64,000 bases of DNA, taken from IMG/VR virus record IMGVR_UViG_3300045988_105796; one strand, written 5' to 3'. Source of the DNA: a virus. The position numbers were made by a program, and so were the translations under genes. Of the stretch, positions 48,741 through 56,542 are shown in pieces (position 1 is the first letter of the stretch; the number at the start of each line of letters is the position of its first letter). The notes beneath the pieces were generated by a model that saw nothing but the letters and a program-made list of their open reading frames with translations, did no database searches and was not told the origin of the DNA.

Positions 48741-49524
48741 TATTTTAGAGAAAATTTTTAGAAAAATCTTCATTTTTGATATAAATCAAGAAAAAATTTA
48801 TTTTTTAATTTTTTAATTATAAAAATTTGCATATTTCAAAATTTATATTATTCACGTGCGTACGTGTATATACATTATATAATATAGAATAGTATTTGAA
48901 AAATCTATATAAACCCTTTTATTTGCGTTTTAAGCGTTTATTTTTTCAAAGAAGTATAATTTTATATCTAAAAATTTTTATAAGCTAATTTCTAATTTTA
49001 TATATTTATCTAATTATATTTTTATTTTTTCAAATATTTATATTTTTAGATTTTTGCTTAAAAATGTAAATATATTTTTGCATAAAAAGTTGGCAGGGAT
49101 GGGGAGGGGATTTGAGGCAAAGTTGTGTAAAATTGGGGCCATTGTTGGTGTATGGTAGTTTTTGTAAGGCGCCTTTATGGATAGTGGCAGGGGTTGTGGC
49201 CAAGCCGGCCCGGGTTTTGTGAAAAGTTCCTGTTAAATTTCGATTTTTCTTCTAAGCAATATATGTATATATGGAAGGTAGTTGGTAATGGGTAAAGTGT
49301 AAATTGATAATTGGGTAACTCAGATAGGAACTGGGATAAGCTTTTTAGGTAACTTGGATTAGCGATATTTCAAATATTGGAGGGCTCATGGTATTAGTCT
49401 AGTGCTTTATATTATGCTTTATATTAATTTGCTTTGCCTGCAAACTTGCCTATTACTATGTAACTCAGATAGCGAAATTAGGAAATATATTAAGGCCATT
49501 AACTGTACCTATGCTACATATAAT

Positions 49525-49554
49525 AAAAAGCCCTTATGAGGAATATCATAAGGG
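49525..49554 (-). terminator. Rho-independent terminator
   Basis: Perfect 9-bp stem CCCTTATGA / TCATAAGGG, followed on the minus strand by CTTTTTATTAT. Confidence 0.65.
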
Positions 49555-49566
49555 TTAGAGTTGGAT

Positions 49567-49836
49567 TTACCAATTGAATGTGAAGGAATTGCCTTCTGGA
49601 GAAGCTTCCCAGTTAAAGTTGTATAGGAGTTCTGGATTTTCTGAGTGATCCATCCAGTTAGCGATGGTATCATCGAGTTCTGCCTGTTCGTCTTCTGTTA
49701 GAGAAGTGTAAGATCTGAATGTTAGAGAGTTCTCTGAGAGGTGAAAGTCATAGAATTCTTCTAGATTGTTTGATAGAGTAGAGATGAGTTCTAGAACTTC
49801 CTGTAGGATCTGGGGATTTAATTTAATTGTTTGCAT
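49567..49836 (-). CDS. Small acidic early protein of the MQTIKLN family
   Basis: Its N-terminus MQTIKLN is shared with the 51148-51447 gene. Confidence 0.6.
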   Translation of the reverse strand: MQTIKLNPQILQEVLELISTLSNNLEEFYDFHLSENSLTFRSYTSLTEDEQAELDDTIANWMDHSENPELLYNFNWEASPEGNSFTFNW

Positions 49837-49879
49837 AATTGTAAAAATTTAATTTGTTAATACTATATTATTTAATCCA

Positions 49880-49913
49880 TTGCAAAGATACTAATAAATT
49901 TTTAATCTACAAA
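49880..49913 (-). promoter_or_regulatory. Bacteroidota-type promoter cassette
   Basis: The minus strand reads TTGTAGATTAAAAATTTATTAGTATCTTTGCAA, spacing 27 nt. Confidence 0.55.
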
Positions 49914-50021
49914 GAAAATCTATTATTAATTTATATATTAAGTGGGCCTTTGATGGTATCTTGAGATAGGTTATGTTCACAGTTAAGCCTGGATTTGTTA
50001 GGTCCAGGCTTAAGAGTTTGA

Positions 50022-50537
50022 TTATTGTTGATCATTAGGATAATATTTGAGGACTTTCTGTATTAGTTCCTGTTCCTCGAATAGTTTGTTAAGATCGAAT
50101 GAGCATTGATCAATGAGTTGTTCGTCCTGTTCCTCGTTTCGATTATCGAAGTCTTGGATGATATTTTGGAGATCCTGGATAGGGATTAGTTTTTCAGGGA
50201 AGTTGTGATTGTAGTAGAGTGCAATATGTTGTATCTGGTTAATGAGATCTGGGATGTAATCGAAGAAGTCATCATCTCCGATGTAGTCTCCTTGTAAGAG
50301 TTCCTGGAGTTGATCTAGCAATTCGTTGTAAGCCTGGTGGGATTCCTTGATATTGAGGGAATAGATGATTTGAATACCGTTGTCTTGGAGATATTCGAAG
50401 AGTTCATAGTTGGATTCCCTGAGATCATAGTCAGCTTCGTAGAGGGTGGAAATGTTTGTTGGGAGATATTCTCCGGTTGAACTTGGGATGATGAATTCTG
50501 AGGTTGAGAAGATTTGATTGTTTGTTAAATTTTTCAT
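50022..50537 (-). CDS. Highly acidic early protein (hypothetical)
   Basis: 171 aa, rich in D/E/Q/Y, in a monocistronic unit with its own promoter. Confidence 0.6.
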   Translation of the reverse strand: MKNLTNNQIFSTSEFIIPSSTGEYLPTNISTLYEADYDLRESNYELFEYLQDNGIQIIYSLNIKESHQAYNELLDQLQELLQGDYIGDDDFFDYIPDLINQIQHIALYYNHNFPEKLIPIQDLQNIIQDFDNRNEEQDEQLIDQCSFDLNKLFEEQELIQKVLKYYPNDQQ

Positions 50538-50578
50538 TTTGATAAAATTTTAATTAATACTATTTGTTTTATTATACT

Positions 50579-50613
50579 TTGCAAAGGTAGTAATAATATT
50601 TTAATTATACAAA
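50579..50613 (-). promoter_or_regulatory. Bacteroidota-type promoter cassette
   Basis: The minus strand reads TTTGTATAATTAAAATATTATTACTACCTTTGCAAAG, spacing 28 nt. Confidence 0.6.
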
Positions 50614-50800
50614 TAATTTATATAAAATATAAATCCAGCTTGAGCTTTGAGATACCTTTGAAGGCCTCACTAAGTCATATCAAAAATAAAAGCCAGCCTA
50701 TTCACATAGACTGACTTCCCGAGTATTAACTAAATTCTATATGAAAGTTTATGTATAAAACCACCGAGTAACGCTTTACTCATTATACAAACAATTCCCA

Positions 50801-51136
50801 TTATATTATAGTCTTTTCTCTCCATAGATTTACTTTGAACTTAATCTTTGTTATGTTCTGTTTATCTTTACTGTAGATAGAGAACTTATATAAGTTGCCT
50901 AGTAACTCTTTCTCTGTCCAAAGTGCAAACTGCAATCTTAAGAATTCTTTTGCACTATATGAGATTCCTTCAGATAATTCTAGAGTGAACTCTATATCAT
51001 CCCAACTTCCTTCCATAAATCTAACCATAGCGTTAAAATCTGGTAAGTAGAGTTTATTGAGAGCTCTGTCTGCATAGTATGCAAAGACTTTGACTTGAAG
51101 TGCATTCTCTCCAATGATAGTTAATGTGTTAAGCAT
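50801..51136 (-). CDS. Hypothetical early protein
   Basis: 111-aa ORF. Confidence 0.55.
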   Translation of the reverse strand: MLNTLTIIGENALQVKVFAYYADRALNKLYLPDFNAMVRFMEGSWDDIEFTLELSEGISYSAKEFLRLQFALWTEKELLGNLYKFSIYSKDKQNITKIKFKVNLWREKTII

Positions 51137-51147
51137 ATCGGTAATGT

Positions 51148-51447
51148 TTAGTAAACTTCTAATGTAAATTTGTAAATCCTAGCTTTTTTGTCATGATTAG
51201 TGTAAATGTCTCCAGCATTATCAGGATCAAGTATAGATGCTAGTGTAGCATTATCCTCTGAATTCAGTCTGTTGATAGATCTGATCTCCCAGTACCATTT
51301 AGATCCGCCCCATTCGAGATTAGGATCTGTAATGTCTTCCAGAGTGATTGTTTGAACTGTTAAGCCGAGAGCTTCAATATCCTTGATTTGTGAAAGGATT
51401 AGTTCCAGTGTTTCTGGATTAGTTGTGTTTAATTTGATTGTTTGCAT
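51148..51447 (-). CDS. Small early protein of the MQTIKLN family
   Basis: N-terminus MQTIKLN. The 5' end of the gene and its leader resemble those of the 49567-49836 gene. Confidence 0.6.
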   Translation of the reverse strand: MQTIKLNTTNPETLELILSQIKDIEALGLTVQTITLEDITDPNLEWGGSKWYWEIRSINRLNSEDNATLASILDPDNAGDIYTNHDKKARIYKFTLEVY

Positions 51448-51489
51448 AATGTTGTTTTATTAATTAATACTATATTATATAATTTCATG

Positions 51490-51524
51490 TTGCAAAATTA
51501 CTATATTTATTTTATATATGCAAA
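51490..51524 (-). promoter_or_regulatory. Bacteroidota-type promoter cassette
   Basis: The minus strand reads TTTGCATATATAAAATAAATATAGTAATTTTGCAA, spacing 28 nt. Confidence 0.6.
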
Positions 51525-51539
51525 TTATTTATTAAATAT

Positions 51540-53060
51540 TTATTTCCTACTAGAGCTCTGAAGATCTAACTAAGGCTATAGAAGCCTCTAAGGCCATCAA
51601 TAGTAAATATGTATATCTCAAAAGGTGAGGCCATCAATAGTATATGGAAAGTCCTCAAAAAATTGAGGCTATTCAACGTACACATGCGTTGTAGTGTAAA
51701 TGGCTTACTAAATAGTATTTGAGGCCTTATATCCCTAATTCCTATTATAGTTAAGTCCCCAGGGCCTATATCTATTACTATAGCAGAGCCTTGAACCAAC
51801 TAAATATCTCCTGCTCAACTAACAAAACAAAGGTAAACCTAAAAACCTAACGCAGTTCTTCTAGTACTTATATAGATATATTATATAAGTAACTTAGATA
51901 GCTCTTTTAGTAAAACTGAGTTAGCTTTCCTTGATATTAGATTTTAATCCTGAGATTAAGTTTTATCGTCAACCTTTAATCCTAATCCTTTAATCCTAAT
52001 CGCCTATATTATATTCCCTACGTAAATATAATATATTCATATTTAGTCCTTGCCTTATACCTTAAAGTATCAATCTACTATCTTCTACTATATGTAGCTA
52101 TAGATTTCTGCTTATTCTCCTAATATGCTTCTTGTCTAGAGCTCTATTTTTAATTTTTAGTATAATTATATGGAGCGTTATTGGGTATTTTTCTAAGAAT
52201 AGGCAATATTTTGGGGCCTTGAATGGTATAAATTTAATCTAAATAGGCTCCGAGATTTATTAAATTTAGGTATAAATATTGCCTATTTGGGGCCTTAAAT
52301 CGTTAAATCCTTTGCCTAGAAAGGCCCTATTTTTATTAAAAATGTACCTAATTTTAGCCTAAAATGGCCCCTAATTTTGTAAAATCTTTTTACTTTTTAG
52401 GCCTTTTTGAGCCCTAAAATGTACCTATTTTGGCTCTGGGATTTAATAAAAATTGCCCCAAAATGTACACTAAATCCTTAAAATTTTGCCTAAATCCTTT
52501 GCCTAAAATTGCCTAAATCCTATAAAAAATGTACCCCAAATCCCTTAAATCCCAGTCCAGGATTTAATAAAAAATGTACATTTTTAGGCAATATTTTGAG
52601 CCTTTTTAGGTACATTTTTGAGGCCTTCCTGGGGTACATTTTTGATGTACATCAAAAATGACAAAAGCTGTCAAACTGAGCCATATTGTTACAGTAGTTG
52701 CTAGGGGTTTACACATCTCATCGAACTCATCCTAAATCCCCGGGGCACCCCCAACATACACAAACGCTCAGTTTATCTACTTCCTGATTATCTTAGATAT
52801 ATCAAAGTCTACTTTTTGTCTAAGCCTAAAATGTACATAAAACACAAAAATAAAAGGGAACCTAAAACATTAACCTTAGTTCTCTTTATATTATATATAT
52901 TACTACTTATATTTATTTATTAGGATTTTTGTTTGTTTGGGGTTGAAGCTCTTCTATATGTGTTAAGTCTTTCATGTATTCTTGGTGTTTTTAGATTGAG
53001 ATGATACATAAGTAATCCCAGTATCTTTATGTAGGATCTGTGATACTGGGATTTGTGATT
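51540..53060. repeat. ORF-free region dense in short word repeats and palindromes. Candidate origin, packaging site or genome terminus.
   Basis: At least 6 copies of AAAATGTAC and at least 2 of its complement GTACATTTT. There are many copies of GCCTAAA(A/T) / TTTTAGGC, TAAATCC, GAGGCC and GGCAATATTTT in both orientations. The only ORF here is a 77-aa one that looks spurious. Confidence 0.7.
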
Positions 53061-53078
53061 AGATTATAATAACTTCAT

Positions 53079-53438
53079 TTATCTTTGTTTGGGGTTAGAC
53101 TCTGGTGAGGGTTGTGTATTGGGCATTGGTGTTATCTTTAAGAGTAGTAGATATACGCTTTGTATATTTACTTGGTTTAGGTTTGGGATTATGGCTTTTA
53201 CATCCTCTCTTACTTCTTCGTTAGTGTAGAAGAAATTTCTTGGTAGGATATGATGGAAGAGGTTGTACTGGGCTTCTGATATGTAATTTAAGGCTTTCTC
53301 TTTAGAATAACCTAAGACTGCTGGAGAGAGATTGCTTATAGAATAATCGAAATTCTCTAGTAGTGCTTCTAGAAGTTCTCTATATTCTGGAGATAAATCC
53401 TTTAGATAGTTGTTTACTATTGCTGTATTTAGTTTCAT
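53079..53438 (-). CDS. Hypothetical early protein
   Basis: 119-aa ORF, last gene of the 55.25-53.08 kb operon. Confidence 0.55.
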   Translation of the reverse strand: MKLNTAIVNNYLKDLSPEYRELLEALLENFDYSISNLSPAVLGYSKEKALNYISEAQYNLFHHILPRNFFYTNEEVREDVKAIIPNLNQVNIQSVYLLLLKITPMPNTQPSPESNPKQR

Positions 53439-53462
53439 AATTCTTACTTGTTTTGGGTTGGG

Positions 53463-53768
53463 TTAGATGATTGCTGTGTAGGCTTTGAATAATGTATCTT
53501 CAGATTGTGTAATCTCTATGATCTTTAGGATATCTGATCTCATTGCTTCTTTGTCTACTAGCCAGGAGCTTGGGATCTTTTGAAGTAAAGAATATAGCTC
53601 TTGGTTTTCTTTACTGGGCTTCTTAAGATGTATATCATCTGGTAAGTCTTTTATGAAGTACTGTAGTACTTGTACCAGGCCTCGTATTACATCTGCAGCT
53701 TCTGTTTTATCTACCTTGTAGTAGTTCTTCAATTCGTAATTGATAATTCTTTTGTTAAATGTAAGCAT
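53463..53768 (-). CDS. Hypothetical early protein
   Basis: 101-aa ORF. Confidence 0.55.
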   Translation of the reverse strand: MLTFNKRIINYELKNYYKVDKTEAADVIRGLVQVLQYFIKDLPDDIHLKKPSKENQELYSLLQKIPSSWLVDKEAMRSDILKIIEITQSEDTLFKAYTAII

Positions 53769-53800
53769 AGGGCTATTGGTTTAAGAGGTCATGTTATAGT

Positions 53801-54124
53801 TTAATTCATTTGATGATTGTTTAATTCCTGTTGTTGAAATATAGCCTTTGCTTTTAGGATAGCATTCTTAAATGGGTCTCCATCAGGCATAGAATCTGGA
53901 TCTAGAAATACTCCTAGTAGTGGAAGTTCTATAAATGATTTCTCTTCATCTGTGAAGTCTTCTATACTCTGGAGATCTTTAATAGAGTAATTGAAGTGAT
54001 TGAATAATAGAGTAATCATTTTGAAGTAGATTGTCTTTACTTGACTATCTAATTCATCTAGTTTGTCTAAAGCTTTCATGATAGTTACTATCATTAAGCC
54101 TGCGTCTTGATCTTTTAGTTTCAT
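53801..54124 (-). CDS. Hypothetical early protein
   Basis: 107-aa ORF. Confidence 0.55.
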   Translation of the reverse strand: MKLKDQDAGLMIVTIMKALDKLDELDSQVKTIYFKMITLLFNHFNYSIKDLQSIEDFTDEEKSFIELPLLGVFLDPDSMPDGDPFKNAILKAKAIFQQQELNNHQMN

Positions 54125-54153
54125 ATTTGTTATATTTTTAATTAACTTTCCTA

Positions 54154-54894
54154 TTAATCATTCTCTAAATCATTGTACATTGCTTCTACATAGTTAACTA
54201 TGCGTTCATATTCTCTTCCAGAAACCAGGGTATCCAGGTTTGCCTTATCTATTAGTTCTGTACTAGTACCGTAGAAGCAGCCTACTGCCCACATTCTGTT
54301 TGACCTGGTGTATGTAAATGATCTTCCACTTGACCAAATATTCTTTCCTACGTAGTAGTCTCCATTTTTACTAATTTCTGCATGACCTTTGATCTCTGCT
54401 TGGTATCCAACTTCTGCATCTCCATAAATCCTAGCATCCTCATAAATCTTAGCATTGCCAAATACCTTAGTATTCCCATAGACCTGAGCACTGCCATATA
54501 CTAGTGACTTATTAGAGATACTAGCATTTCCATAGATTTTAGCATCATCATAGACTTCAGAATCTCCGTATACTCCAGCAGTATCAAATACTTCAGCCTT
54601 TCCATAAATTTGAACATTGTCTAGTATCTCTGCATATCCGTATACCTTTGCATGTTCACATATTTGGACATTATCCATAATTCTAGCATTTCCAGATACT
54701 TCAGCCTGATCATATACCTTAGCATCATCGTGGATCCAACAATCACCCTCATGACTAAGATTTTTTTCATTTTCTATATAGCCTCCTCGTTGTCCTTTTT
54801 TAATTCTTCCAAAGTCTCTTACAGCTTCTATCCTGTACAGCTTGTGATATTCAAATTCAATTACCTGATCTTCAATTAATTTATACTTTTGCAT
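54154..54894 (-). CDS. Hexapeptide-repeat (left-handed beta-helix type) protein
   Basis: 20 contiguous hexads (AKVYDQ AEVSGN ARIMDN VQICEH AKVYGY ... AEIKGH AEISKN), flanked by non-repetitive N- and C-terminal domains. Confidence 0.65.
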   Translation of the reverse strand: MQKYKLIEDQVIEFEYHKLYRIEAVRDFGRIKKGQRGGYIENEKNLSHEGDCWIHDDAKVYDQAEVSGNARIMDNVQICEHAKVYGYAEILDNVQIYGKAEVFDTAGVYGDSEVYDDAKIYGNASISNKSLVYGSAQVYGNTKVFGNAKIYEDARIYGDAEVGYQAEIKGHAEISKNGDYYVGKNIWSSGRSFTYTRSNRMWAVGCFYGTSTELIDKANLDTLVSGREYERIVNYVEAMYNDLEND

Positions 54895-54906
54895 AGTGAC
54901 TATGTT

Positions 54907-55248
54907 TTAGAAGGTTAATATTAAAGTGATTCTTGAAAGCTTCTCTTTATTAGAGATGATTTTTATCTTAGCACTGATGTTGCAATCGTAGTCTTTAGCA
55001 TATTCAGTGTAGTCCAAGATTTCATCCAGGTAGTTTTCTGGAGTTCCCTTGATAGGTTCTTCTGATGTGTCCCATATAAGTAATTCATATAGGATAGTAT
55101 CCTCTGTTAGAAGAGGTTGAGTTGTAGTAACTTTGAGGATTTGAATGTTACTATTCATGTAATTCATTTTGAGAGTGTTAATCTCCCTTTGAATAGTTTC
55201 AGTGTCCAGATAAGCTGGAGTGTTGTTTTTAATAATTGTTGTTTGCAT
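54907..55248 (-). CDS. Small early protein, distant MQT-family member
   Basis: N-terminus MQTTIIKNN. It is the first gene after a promoter cassette. Confidence 0.55.
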   Translation of the reverse strand: MQTTIIKNNTPAYLDTETIQREINTLKMNYMNSNIQILKVTTTQPLLTEDTILYELLIWDTSEEPIKGTPENYLDEILDYTEYAKDYDCNISAKIKIISNKEKLSRITLILTF

Positions 55249-55292
55249 ACTCTTTAATTTTTTATTCGTTAATATCTTAATTATTAATTATA

Positions 55293-55326
55293 TTGCAAAT
55301 TTACTATTTTATTTTTAATTATGCAA
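55293..55326 (-). promoter_or_regulatory. Bacteroidota-type promoter cassette
   Basis: The minus strand reads TTGCATAATTAAAAATAAAATAGTAAATTTGCAA, spacing 28 nt. Confidence 0.6.
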
Positions 55327-55360
55327 TATAATTAATAATTAATTTATAAAAAGCTGAGGA

Positions 55361-55657
55361 TTAGGTAGATTGTATGCCTTGGAAGAGTATCTGATACTGA
55401 TCTTTGAATACAAAATAGTCAAAATCCTTGTAGGTGATTTTAGCCTTTGTCTTCCCTGGATCTAACAGGATCACCTTTAGTTTTTCATCTACTAGTGTGA
55501 TACCCTGTATGTATTTAGGTTTTGGGTATTTTCTTATAGATGAAGTATTATCATCTTTTATAAGAATGGGATATTGCATATATATCGTTTTGTCTTTTAC
55601 CTTGTTAAGTAGAGCGATTATGCAATTTTCTAGTGCATTAGTTGGAGTTATAAGCAT
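55361..55657 (-). CDS. Hypothetical early protein
   Basis: 98-aa ORF. Confidence 0.55.
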   Translation of the reverse strand: MLITPTNALENCIIALLNKVKDKTIYMQYPILIKDDNTSSIRKYPKPKYIQGITLVDEKLKVILLDPGKTKAKITYKDFDYFVFKDQYQILFQGIQST

Positions 55658-55660
55658 AAC

Positions 55661-56143
55661 TTATTTATTTAAGATATTAGAGTACTCTTGATTAAGACCT
55701 TTGAGGTATTGGTTCATATATCTCCAGTCACCCATGATTAGTTTCCAGGGAAGGAGTATCTTATTAGACTTATATGAAGCGTTCTTCCAGTCTGTATATT
55801 TTCTCATTAGTTGAGCATCTACTTGTAGGAAAACATCCTTAGCATTAGATATAGCTATCATCATTGTGTTATATAGGTCAACTGATTCCTGACCAAGATC
55901 TAGATCGAGGAATTCTAAATTGTGTAATACAAAGTCTTTTACTTGTTTGGTAGTATCAAATAAAAGTAAATGTTTAGGAAGATGAAGTTCTTTTCGAAGG
56001 TCTTTACTAATAAGAACTTTTTCGCAAAATTGGATACCGTACCAGGAAGTGTGTACTTTAGCATCTCCGCAGATGAAGGTGTAATACTTAGAAGATAACT
56101 GCTTTTGGAATTCTTCTTTGGATTTGATTTTTAATTGTTTCAT
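55661..56143 (-). CDS. Hypothetical early protein
   Basis: 160-aa ORF. Confidence 0.6.
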   Translation of the reverse strand: MKQLKIKSKEEFQKQLSSKYYTFICGDAKVHTSWYGIQFCEKVLISKDLRKELHLPKHLLLFDTTKQVKDFVLHNLEFLDLDLGQESVDLYNTMMIAISNAKDVFLQVDAQLMRKYTDWKNASYKSNKILLPWKLIMGDWRYMNQYLKGLNQEYSNILNK

Positions 56144-56174
56144 TTTGACTAAAATTTAATTTATTAATACTACT

Positions 56175-56208
56175 TTGCAAATTTAATAATAATATTTTAA
56201 TTATGCAA
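56175..56208 (-). promoter_or_regulatory. Bacteroidota-type promoter cassette
   Basis: The minus strand reads TTGCATAATTAAAATATTATTATTAAATTTGCAA, spacing 28 nt. Confidence 0.6.
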
Positions 56209-56358
56209 TATATTTTAATAATAGCTGAGGCTGAGATTAAGAACTGTATACACACAAAAATGAGGTATCCTGTCTTCCCAGATAAGATACCTCTAGATAA
56301 CGGTGATATTAACGTGATATTCTACTTAAAGAAATGTTGCAGTTATATATGTATAGAA

Positions 56359-56541
56359 TTAATGAGTATGCTGCTTACTTTGTAACTCTAGATATTCCCT
56401 TTGTAAAGTGTAATACTTATGTTTATAGTTGTAAAGAGAATCTCTTGATTCCTTTAGTTGAAGATAGAGCTGATGTGTAGCTCTATCTTTAGTACATCCT
56501 GTTAAAAGGATTATGAATATAGATATTATGATATACTTCAT
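56359..56541 (-). CDS. Small lipoprotein
   Basis: Signal peptide plus lipobox MKYIIISIFIILLTGC. The mature part, about 44 aa, is helical and charged. Confidence 0.6.
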   Translation of the reverse strand: MKYIIISIFIILLTGCTKDRATHQLYLQLKESRDSLYNYKHKYYTLQREYLELQSKQHTH

Positions 56542-56542
56542 G

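Noticed and set aside
49046-49082. Early-type promoter (TTTGCTTAAAAATGTAAATATATTTTTGCATAA) driving the G-rich segment rightward
   Set aside because: It has TTG and TAnnTTTG-like boxes, but the G-to-G spacing is 24 nt instead of the invariant 27-28 nt of the ten good cassettes. It is kept only as a weak possibility within the G-rich-segment finding.
49091-49110. Canonical four-tract G-quadruplex in GGCAGGGATGGGGAGGGG
   Set aside because: Only three runs of three or more G are present. A fourth tract would have to be a GG, so only a weak two-tetrad or bulged G4 is possible. It is mentioned but not claimed.
51566-51799. 77-aa ORF inside the noncoding repeat region
   Set aside because: It has no promoter cassette or leader like the neighbouring genes. 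Its sequence is of a low-complexity hydrophobic type and it overlaps the GAGGCC / GGCCATCAATAGTA repeats. It is most likely a chance ORF.
52200-52700. Possible CRISPR array or mini-array in the repeat-dense region
   Set aside because: The repeated units are only 9-12 bp. They occur in both orientations with irregular spacing (about 43-78 bp) and there are no uniform 25-40-bp direct repeats. No cas genes are nearby.
53010-53055. Hairpin AATCCCAGTAT / ATACTGGGATT as terminator of the 55.25-53.08 kb operon
   Set aside because: The 11-bp stem is perfect, but the loop is 17 nt and no T-tract follows on either strand. It cannot be called an intrinsic terminator. It may instead belong to the noncoding repeat region.
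56203-56385. 60-aa plus-strand ORF starting inside a promoter cassette
   Set aside because: Its ATG is the ATGCAA of the minus-strand promoter element, and the ORF runs antisense into the lipoprotein gene. It has no support.
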